64,000 nt of DNA from Bacteroidota bacterium (GTDB lineage Bacteria; Bacteroidota; Bacteroidia; Chitinophagales; Saprospiraceae): contig JAKQLF010000055.1 of the NCBI GenBank assembly GCA_029567325.1, positions 1,581 to 65,580 of the forward strand, given 5' to 3'. The notes below the pieces were generated by a model, which was not told the origin of the DNA, did not search any database, and was given only the letters and a program-made list of their open reading frames with translations. This document shows, piece by piece, positions 56,411-64,000 of this stretch. The stretch's first letter is position 1. The number at the start of each line of letters is the position of its first letter. A program made the position numbers and the translations under genes.

Positions 56411-57652
56411 TTAGAAGTCGTTTATAGATCTTCCTAGGAATGTTATAGCACATCTAAATCCAATATAAGATTTAGTAGTGTCTTGATATTCCCAATGTCT
56501 GGTTCCAGTCTGTAAGAAGTAAGAAATATCTTTCCAGCTACCACCTCTGATTACTTTTCTTTTGAGTATTTCAGGGTCAGTTTCTGAAGCATTGTATTTG
56601 TATTCAGGATTTAAATCATGTTCTGAGTTATAAGCATTTTCTGCGTATGCAGAACTTGTCCACTCAGCAACGTTTCCAGCCATACAATACAAACCGTAGT
56701 CATTTGGAAAATATTCATCAGCCTTAACGGTGTATAATCCTCCGTCTTCAGGATAATTACCTCTACCAGGTTTAAAGTTTGCTAATAAACAACCTTTCGC
56801 GTTTCTTGCATAATAACCTCCCCAAGGATATGGAGCTAAATCTCTACCGCCTCTGGCTGCATATTCCCATTCTGCCTCAGAAGGCAATCTAAACTCCTCA
56901 GTTTGAATTTCTTCCTCAGCTTTGTAAGCATTGTATAACTGTGTTCTCCATTTGCAAAAAGCAGTTGCTTGCGCCCAGTTTACACCGACGACAGGATAAT
57001 CGTCAAATGCTGGATGGGAAAAATAATTTCTTGTATAAGGTTCATTATAAGAATATGAGAAATCTCTAATCCAACAAAGTGTATCAGGATAAACTGCTAC
57101 TTCATAACTGTTGATGAGATCTTTTCTATTACCATTTTTGTCATGAGCAGCTTTCAACCAATTGAAATCTTTGTACTTGTACTTCAACTTTGTAGTATTA
57201 AACTCTCTTGAACCGTTGATGGCCATATCACCTTGATAAAACAATTCATCTAATGTTGGATCTGAATAATCTAACTCAAGTTCCCAATCGATGAGGTCAT
57301 TTCCTAAATCATCTTGATAAAAATCTCCCATGACAACGTGAGCGATAGAATCTCTTACCCAATCGACAAATTGTCTGTATTCGTTGTTGGTGATTTCAGT
57401 ATCATCCATGAAAAATCCCTGAATGGAAATTGACTTAGGTTTTTGAAGATAAGTAGAAAAGATGTCTTGATCACTCTGACCGATGTGGACCTGACCAGAA
57501 GGTACATATACCATTCCATAAGGATTCGTTACCTTCCATTGTGGGCGATTTGGCACACCTGTCAGGTTACCATTTTGCTTTGATGAAGATCCACAAGACG
57601 ACGCTACCATAATCCCTATGACAGCGATAAGAAAATACATTGATTTTTTCAT
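56411..57652 (-). CDS. gldK: Gliding motility / T9SS lipoprotein GldK (formylglycine-generating-enzyme fold)
   Basis: Lipobox (MVASSCGSS) and FGE-sulfatase-type blocks (RLPSEAEWEYAARGG, GNVAEWT, RGGSW, IGFRC). It is the first gene of the gldKLMN cluster. Confidence 0.9.
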   Translation of the reverse strand: MKKSMYFLIAVIGIMVASSCGSSSKQNGNLTGVPNRPQWKVTNPYGMVYVPSGQVHIGQSDQDIFSTYLQKPKSISIQGFFMDDTEITNNEYRQFVDWVRDSIAHVVMGDFYQDDLGNDLIDWELELDYSDPTLDELFYQGDMAINGSREFNTTKLKYKYKDFNWLKAAHDKNGNRKDLINSYEVAVYPDTLCWIRDFSYSYNEPYTRNYFSHPAFDDYPVVGVNWAQATAFCKWRTQLYNAYKAEEEIQTEEFRLPSEAEWEYAARGGRDLAPYPWGGYYARNAKGCLLANFKPGRGNYPEDGGLYTVKADEYFPNDYGLYCMAGNVAEWTSSAYAENAYNSEHDLNPEYKYNASETDPEILKRKVIRGGSWKDISYFLQTGTRHWEYQDTTKSYIGFRCAITFLGRSINDF

Positions 57653-57985
57653 CCTCTATTAAACGCAATATTAATTAACACACAAAAACGCTTCAAAATT
57701 ACATCTGTTTTCTGAACAGTCATATAATTTTTTCTAATATTTAAACTTTAACTATAAAAACAACTATTTTATTGTAGTCGTCTTAAAATTAAAGCTTTTA
57801 AAACCTAAATGTCCTTAGAACAATTTTCTAACTCCAGAATTAAAACAAGAATCGCTCCAAAAATCATGATTGTTCCAAAAAAAAATAGAAATCTTTACTC
57901 CCAAACACGAATCAAAAACGCTTTCATCCATATCATATTGTATTTCAGACAAAAATGAATAAAAGTTCTTCACTACAAAATATAT

Positions 57986-60820
57986 TTAAACAACCAAATT
58001 TATCATTCTCCCAGGCACAACGATGACTTTTTTCACCGGTTGATCCAACCATTTTTTAACGGAAGCCTTCTCAAAAACGAGTTTTTCGATTTCTTGTGGA
58101 GCCATATCTTTGGCTACTTCTAATTCATCTCTTTTTTTACCATTGACACAAATTGGATATACAACTGTGTCTTCAATAAGGTATTTTTCTTCTACTTTGG
58201 GAAAAGAAGCGTGGTGAACACTACCCTCTCCACCCAATTGAAGCCACATCTCTTCTGCAATGAAAGGTGCAAAGGGGGCAATGAGTTTTACCAATTCTAC
58301 AATGACTGCTTTTTTATTACAGTTCATCCTTTTGAGCTCATTGACACAAATCATAAAATTACTGATGGTGGTGTTGAGAGAAAAACGCTCAATATCATCT
58401 GTCACTTTTTTGATCGTGGTGTGTAGGAGCTTTAATTCTTGATCATTGGGAGTCTCCTCAGTAAATTGTAGCGTTCCCTCATTATGGATCAAGTTCCAAA
58501 ACTTTCTTAAAAACTTAGAAACACCATCAATGCCCTTTGTGTCCCATGGCTTTGATTGCTCGATCGGCCCCAAAAACATTTCATACATTCTGAAACAATC
58601 TGCTCCATACTTTTCAACCATGTCATCTGGATTGACCACATTGAAGTACCTTTTAGACATTTTGCCTACTTCTGATTTGGTAAGCAACTTGGCTGAACTT
58701 CCGAAATCATTAGCATGAAATATGCCTTCTTTAGTATGAAATGTTGCATTATGAAATTCTGGGCGCCATGCTATAAATTGTTGAATACCATTGGCATTCA
58801 GATGGCTTTCTGGACTTCCATATTTTGATACAAAATCAACGTGAACCGGAATCTTGGCAAAATCAGCAATAGACTGTGGATCAATGAGGTCTTCTGAATA
58901 AAAGTGACTGTCTCCCGATTCGGATTTTTTCAAATAAATCGATTCAATAACCCCTTGTATCATGCCTTGGTTGACCAGTTTCTTAAATGGCTCTTCAGTT
59001 GGGACTAAATTGAGATCAAACAAAAACTTATGCCAAAACCTGCTATACATCAAATGTCCTACGGCATGTTCTGCACCGCCAATATAAAAATCAACTTCTT
59101 GCCAATAATTCAATGCCTCAGGAGAAGCAAAAGCTTGGTCGTTATTTGCATCCATATACCGTAAAAAGTACCATGAACTACCTGCGAAACCAGGCATTGT
59201 ATCTGTCTCTCTAGACATTCCATCTACCTCTACCCAATCTTCCAACCTTGCAAGTGGTGACTTCCCATCTATGGTTGGTTTGAAATCATCCAATGGGGGT
59301 AAAGTAATTGGAAGTTCAGAAACTGGAACAGTGTGTACATTTCCTTCGGCATCATACAGTATTGGAAAAGGTTCTCCCCAATATCTTTGTCTGCTATAAT
59401 TGGCGTCTCGGAGTTTAAAATTTATTTTCTTGGAACCAACGCCTTGTGTTTCCATCTTTTCAAACATCAACTGAATAGCTGCCGGAACTTCCATGCCATT
59501 TAAAAAATCAGAATTGATGATGATGCCTAATTTGTCATGAAGTGTTGCGCCAGGATAATTGGATTTATCTACGACGTCTACAATGGGAAGATTGTATTTT
59601 TTTGCAAAATTCATGTCCCGCTCGTCATCGCTAGGTACTGCCATGATGGCTCCAGTTCCGTATTCTTTCAAAACATAATCACCAATCCAAATAGGAATAC
59701 GCTCTTGGTTGAATGGATTAATGGCGTATGAACCTGTAAATGCACCATTCATCTCTTTGACTTCCGCCATTCTTTCACGCTCCGATTTGTTTTTGACATA
59801 ATTAATACATGCCTCAATTTCTGCTTTTTGATCAAGAGTTGTCAATAAAGGCACTAAATCATGCTCCGGGGCTATGACCATATACGTTGCTCCAAAAATT
59901 GTATCAGGTCTTGTTGTAAAAATCTCTAGTTGTAGATCTTGGCCATCAATGTCAAAGAACATTTGTGCACCTTCTGACCTGCCAATCCAATTTTGCTGCA
60001 TGGCTTTTAAAGGCTCAGGCCAATCTAGCTTATCTAAATTACTCAGAAGTCTTTCTGCATAGGCAGTTATTCTCAACGACCATTGCATCATCGGTCTCCG
60101 TTCTACAGGAAAACCTCCTCTTTCTGAAACACCATCTTTTACTTCATCATTGGCCAAAACAGTACCAAGTGCTTCACACCAATTTACAAAGCCTACCTTT
60201 CTGTAGGCCAATCTGTAATTCATGAGCACTTCTTCTTTGGCTGTCTGGGTCATTACATTCCATTCATCAGCTGTAAAATATTCGCTTTGTGAAGTAGCAG
60301 CCTGGATTTGCGCATTTCCATCAGCTTCAAATTTGGAAATTAGTGCACTTATTGGCATTGCCTTGTCTAAACCAGTGTCATAATAATGGTCAAACAATTG
60401 CAAAAAGATCCATTGGGTCCATTTATAATAAGATGGGTCACAGGTTTTTACTTGTCGACTCCAATCGTAATTAAAACCTAGATTATCAAGTTGTGCTCTA
60501 TAACGTGCTATATTTTCATCGGTACTGATGGCTGGATGTACCCCTGTTGAGATGGCGTATTGCTCTGCTGGCAAGCCAAAAGCATCGTATCCCATAGGGT
60601 GTAGTACGTTATATCCTTGTTGTTTTTTATATCTTGCAATGATATCAGAAGCTATGTAACCCAGAGGATGGCCAACGTGTAAGCCTGCTCCAGAAGGATA
60701 AGGAAACATATCCAGTACATAAAATTTGGGCTTTGAAGTGTCGTTTTCTACCTTATAAAGTTTGGTTTCTGCCCATAGATTGCGCCATTTTGGTTCAACC
60801 TCTTTGTGATTATAATCCAT
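57986..60820 (-). CDS. leuS: Leucine--tRNA ligase
   Basis: 944 aa, with the HIGH motif (PSGAGLHVGHPLGY) and the KMSKS motif (GKMSKR). Confidence 0.95.
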   Translation of the reverse strand: MDYNHKEVEPKWRNLWAETKLYKVENDTSKPKFYVLDMFPYPSGAGLHVGHPLGYIASDIIARYKKQQGYNVLHPMGYDAFGLPAEQYAISTGVHPAISTDENIARYRAQLDNLGFNYDWSRQVKTCDPSYYKWTQWIFLQLFDHYYDTGLDKAMPISALISKFEADGNAQIQAATSQSEYFTADEWNVMTQTAKEEVLMNYRLAYRKVGFVNWCEALGTVLANDEVKDGVSERGGFPVERRPMMQWSLRITAYAERLLSNLDKLDWPEPLKAMQQNWIGRSEGAQMFFDIDGQDLQLEIFTTRPDTIFGATYMVIAPEHDLVPLLTTLDQKAEIEACINYVKNKSERERMAEVKEMNGAFTGSYAINPFNQERIPIWIGDYVLKEYGTGAIMAVPSDDERDMNFAKKYNLPIVDVVDKSNYPGATLHDKLGIIINSDFLNGMEVPAAIQLMFEKMETQGVGSKKINFKLRDANYSRQRYWGEPFPILYDAEGNVHTVPVSELPITLPPLDDFKPTIDGKSPLARLEDWVEVDGMSRETDTMPGFAGSSWYFLRYMDANNDQAFASPEALNYWQEVDFYIGGAEHAVGHLMYSRFWHKFLFDLNLVPTEEPFKKLVNQGMIQGVIESIYLKKSESGDSHFYSEDLIDPQSIADFAKIPVHVDFVSKYGSPESHLNANGIQQFIAWRPEFHNATFHTKEGIFHANDFGSSAKLLTKSEVGKMSKRYFNVVNPDDMVEKYGADCFRMYEMFLGPIEQSKPWDTKGIDGVSKFLRKFWNLIHNEGTLQFTEETPNDQELKLLHTTIKKVTDDIERFSLNTTISNFMICVNELKRMNCNKKAVIVELVKLIAPFAPFIAEEMWLQLGGEGSVHHASFPKVEEKYLIEDTVVYPICVNGKKRDELEVAKDMAPQEIEKLVFEKASVKKWLDQPVKKVIVVPGRMINLVV

Positions 60821-60918
60821 GTGATGAAGTTCATTTTTCTAATGAAGGCGCAAAAGTAGTAATAAAGTTGGAAATATTGGTTTGGTTTTGAAGAGAAGAC
60901 CATCTCAACTTAAGTTGC

Positions 60919-60953
60919 AAAAAAAAGAACCGGCTGTTATAGCCAGTTCTTTT
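60919..60953 (-). terminator. Probable rho-independent terminator after lysC
   Basis: The minus-strand reading is AAAGAACTGGCTATAACAGCCGGTTCTTTTTTTT. It forms a 10-bp stem with one mismatch, followed by a T-run. Confidence 0.6.
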
Positions 60954-61017
60954 CGCTTTGATTGATTTGAACTATATATTTTATCGTGCCTTGCTGCCGT
61001 GCAGTTGCTCCTTACTT

Positions 61018-62349
61018 CTAAACGCTTTCTGCGCTAGCAAACAACTGTTCATGCAATGACTTTAGTGCTAAAGCCTTGTATTCACTACTTACTAAAAGGG
61101 AAATATTGTTATTACTTCCACCGTAGCTCACCATTCTTAATGGCACATCAGAAAGTGCACTGAGTATGTGTGTCGGTGTGCCTACCTCTTCGCCCAATTT
61201 ATCGCCCACTATGCAAATGATGGTTTGTCCATGCTCAGTGGATACTTCACCAAATACATTGATTTCTCGCTCTATGTTTTCCAACTGACTGATTTGATCA
61301 ATCGTGAGCGAGACAGATACTTCAGAAGTTGTAATCATATCAATCGGTGTTTGATATTTTTCAAAAACTTCGAAGACTCTTCTCAAAAATCCGTAAGCAT
61401 TGAGCATACGACCAGATCTAATTTTGATAGCAGTTATATTATCCTTGGCTGCAATTGCGGTAATATTCCTTCCACTCGATTTTGCAGAAATTAATGTACC
61501 AGGCGCGTCTGGTTCGAATGTATTTTTTAAACGTACGGGAACGCTATCCATCTCCGCAGGGATCACACATGTTGGATGCAATATTTTAGCACCAAAATAG
61601 GCTAACTCGGCAGCTTCTCTGTAAGAAAGCTCTCTTACAGGTACAGTGCCTTCTACCACCCTTGGATCATTATTATGTAAACCATCAATATCTGTCCAAA
61701 TTTGAATTTCAGGACTATATAACGCGGCTCCAATAATGGTTGCAGTATAATCCGAACCACCTCTCTGCAAATTGTCTATATTCCCATCAGCATTCAAGCA
61801 AATGTAGCCTTGTGTAATGTAGTAGGTAGCTTTGTCAGATTGATCTATGAGCTTATTTAATGCTTTTCTAATTTGTGGTATATCTGGATCACCTTGCTTA
61901 TTGGTTGACATAAACTCCAATGCTGGCAATAAGGTACAACTTCTACCAATTGCATTCATATAAAGAGTGAAAAGTTGGGTTGAAATCAACTCACCTTGAG
62001 CAAGAATTATTTTTTCCTCTTTTTCACCAGGCTGGTCAGCATCAAATAAATCCGCAATGATGCCAAATTGAGTAGAAATTACCTGTTTACCCTGCTCATT
62101 GTATGTTCGATGAGGTAAAAGTTCATCCACAAAAGGATGATATTCATTGATCAATTGAGAAAGTTGTTGTTTTGCACTTTCTAGATTTCCACTTGTAAGT
62201 GCTTGACCAATTGAAACCAATTTGTTGGTTGTACCGGCAACGGCTGATAAAACTACAACTTTGGGATTGCCATCAGAAATGAGATCTGCCACTTGCTCCA
62301 TCCTTTCTGGACTTCCAACTGAAGTACCTCCAAACTTTTGTATAATCAT
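61018..62349 (-). CDS. lysC: Aspartate kinase (monofunctional, with C-terminal ACT domains)
   Basis: MIIQKFGGTSVG, VVVLSA and GGSDYTA motifs, with a C-terminal ACT pair. Confidence 0.9.
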   Translation of the reverse strand: MIIQKFGGTSVGSPERMEQVADLISDGNPKVVVLSAVAGTTNKLVSIGQALTSGNLESAKQQLSQLINEYHPFVDELLPHRTYNEQGKQVISTQFGIIADLFDADQPGEKEEKIILAQGELISTQLFTLYMNAIGRSCTLLPALEFMSTNKQGDPDIPQIRKALNKLIDQSDKATYYITQGYICLNADGNIDNLQRGGSDYTATIIGAALYSPEIQIWTDIDGLHNNDPRVVEGTVPVRELSYREAAELAYFGAKILHPTCVIPAEMDSVPVRLKNTFEPDAPGTLISAKSSGRNITAIAAKDNITAIKIRSGRMLNAYGFLRRVFEVFEKYQTPIDMITTSEVSVSLTIDQISQLENIEREINVFGEVSTEHGQTIICIVGDKLGEEVGTPTHILSALSDVPLRMVSYGGSNNNISLLVSSEYKALALKSLHEQLFASAESV

Positions 62350-62457
62350 CGTGTGTAATAGCTTTTAAGGAGGCAAAATTAAATAATTGAAAAAAAAATC
62401 GGGTATTAACAAGGTTATTTCCACAACATTTCACATTTTGTGTTAAATTTCACTTTT

Positions 62458-63123
62458 ATGCTAAAAGTTTCAGACATTGTTTACGAGTTGGTAAAGAAGA
62501 CTCCATTTATTGCCGAGGCGCTCAAGGAAGGTTTGGTCAATACTTCTGCGCTAGCAAGATTGTACCAGGATGAGGTAGAAGCTAAGCTTGGAAGGAAGGT
62601 AAAACAGGGTTCAATCATCATGGCAATCAATCGAATGAACATGGGCAGTTTGGACTATGAACGCAAACGTTTAATTGCCTTTTTCTCCAAATTGAGGGAC
62701 ATGTTGGTGAGGACAAGTCTTGTCGATTATACATACAAATATTCTGGTAGTGTGGCCGTATCATTGAGAGATCTATTAAGTATGGTATCTCAAAAACAAG
62801 ATGTGTTTTGCACTTATTGTCAAGGAGTTGCAGAGTGCACGATCATAGTCACAGAAAGCATTGCAGAAGAATTGGAAAAGATTTTCAAGAATGAAACACT
62901 CATCAACAAAGAAACCAATCTTGCAGCATTGACCTTATTATTACCCGCAGAAAATAGAGTGCTTTCAGGGATTTATTATTTCATTCTCAAAGAGCTCGCT
63001 TGGCAAGACATCAACGTGGTTGAGGTAATATCTACTTCAAATGAATTTACCATTGTGGTGAATCAAAAAGATTTGGATAGAACTTTCGCAGCAATCAACA
63101 ATTTGAAAGGAGGAAAAGTATAG
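62458..63123 (+). CDS. Hypothetical protein with an ACT-like C-terminal domain
   Basis: The ATG at 62458 was chosen. The C-terminal AALTLLLP...LSGIYYFILKELAWQDINVVEVISTSNEFTIVVNQKDLDRTFAAI resembles an ACT-type regulatory domain. It is divergent from lysC. Confidence 0.5.
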   Translation: MLKVSDIVYELVKKTPFIAEALKEGLVNTSALARLYQDEVEAKLGRKVKQGSIIMAINRMNMGSLDYERKRLIAFFSKLRDMLVRTSLVDYTYKYSGSVAVSLRDLLSMVSQKQDVFCTYCQGVAECTIIVTESIAEELEKIFKNETLINKETNLAALTLLLPAENRVLSGIYYFILKELAWQDINVVEVISTSNEFTIVVNQKDLDRTFAAINNLKGGKV

Positions 63124-63207
63124 TTACAATCATTTATGATTGTATTTCTTTTTACCAATTTTCCAAATGGTTTTTAATGTAGATCTGACTTATCTCATTG
63201 TGCCTGT

Positions 63208-63870
63208 CTAAATGGGTTCCCCGTTGATATTCGTTGTCAATACCGCGCTCATATAATCAAAGAAAGGTCTCAAAGCTTCAAAGGTTTTCACCACTTCATC
63301 AGCAAAATTGGGTGATAATAGCGCTTTGTCACTAAATTTTCTACTTGCAACAAAAGACTTTTGTTTGATCAAATGAATGGCTGGCAGTTCTTTATCATAA
63401 CCTCTTGGAGGGTTTTTTAAAGCATCTTCTGTGCTAAGTCCCTCAAAATACTTCACAAACAAAGGATCTTCCAATATCTTCGAAATAGTTTGGTGATCGT
63501 ATGCAAACTCGTCTCTGATTCTTTTGAGATCTTCTGGTTCTGGCTGCCAAAATCCTCCGCCAACAAAAGTATCTCCTCCGGGTTGAATGTGAATGTAATA
63601 CCCTCCCCTTCTCATTTTAGATGCCCGCTCAAAATATGCGGCCATGTTTGTTTTATAAGGAAGTTTATCTTTGGAAAATCTCACATCACGATAAATCCTG
63701 AATACTTTGCTCTTTTCCAGGACGTCTGTTTTATTGAGTTTTGCCTCAATGTTTGCCACCAATTCTTTAAAAGTCTCAAGTGCATTTTGGTATTCGTCTT
63801 TGTGCTCTTCAAACCAAGGTCTGTTATTGTTATCTCTGATGCTTTCTAAAAAAGCAAGTACGTTTTTCAT
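63208..63870 (-). CDS. DUF2461 (TIGR02453) family protein
   Basis: NNNRPWFEEHKDEYQ ... VFRIYRDVRFSKDKLPYKT ... signature blocks. Confidence 0.8.
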   Translation of the reverse strand: MKNVLAFLESIRDNNNRPWFEEHKDEYQNALETFKELVANIEAKLNKTDVLEKSKVFRIYRDVRFSKDKLPYKTNMAAYFERASKMRRGGYYIHIQPGGDTFVGGGFWQPEPEDLKRIRDEFAYDHQTISKILEDPLFVKYFEGLSTEDALKNPPRGYDKELPAIHLIKQKSFVASRKFSDKALLSPNFADEVVKTFEALRPFFDYMSAVLTTNINGEPI

Positions 63871-63955
63871 TTATGCATGTTTTTTGAAGTTCCGAAGATA
63901 TCAATTTTTTGTTAAGACGTTTATTGAAGTATTGGCAAAAAGAAAAGTGATTGTT

Positions 63956-63990
63956 GAGTTTTCAGTGATCAGTTATCAGCTTTCAGCATT
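63956..63990. repeat. CTGA-word repeat, reverse orientation
   Basis: The reverse complement AATGCTGAAAGCTGATAACTGATCACTGAAAACTC uses the same CTGAAAG/CTGAT/CTGAAAA words as 23926-23982. It is near the window edge and may continue beyond it. Confidence 0.6.
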
Positions 63991-64000
63991 AAAAGGGGAT

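Noticed and set aside
62350-62457. Looked for a lysine riboswitch or leader upstream of lysC
   Set aside because: The region is too short (about 90-110 nt) and lacks recognisable L-box elements.

Overview
This is a 64-kb chromosomal segment from a Bacteroidota genome. The diagnostic features are a gldK-gldL-gldM-gldN T9SS/gliding core, a PorP/SprF gene, proteins with T9SS C-terminal sorting domains, bshC, and TTG/TAnnTTTG-type promoter boxes. All family calls were made by eye from motifs in the supplied translations; no searches were run. I support about 60 protein genes, mostly housekeeping: lysS, folC, leuS, lysC, rplM-rpsI-rpsB-tsf, pyrH, era, metX, udk/nupC, tsaB and mrp/apbC. Two riboswitches are recognisable: cobalamin at about 6.5 kb and SAM-I at about 28.2 kb. 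I saw no rRNA, tRNA, CRISPR array, integrase or transposase.

Items worth a second look:
(1) An AT-rich, translationally coupled three-gene cassette at 38.5-40.8 kb sits between core genes. It encodes two orphan proteins plus a ComEC-type metallo-beta-lactamase-fold hydrolase. This is my best candidate for an undescribed defence or conflict system.
(2) An exactly phased array of five 29-bp repeats at 12.15-12.30 kb, each carrying a 20-bp perfect palindrome and four of the five a TATATTTG promoter box. It lies upstream of a SatD-like (cyclase-fold plus HTH) / DUF3307 membrane-protein pair.
(3) A cobalamin riboswitch drives a T9SS-secreted DUF4465-like protein, with no transporter gene next to it.
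(4) Several families of strand-asymmetric, word-shuffled short tandem repeats lie just after gene ends. One of them coincides exactly with the truncation point of a histone-deacetylase-family gene remnant.
(5) An ECF sigma factor is tightly coupled to a TetR-family gene rather than to an anti-sigma factor.
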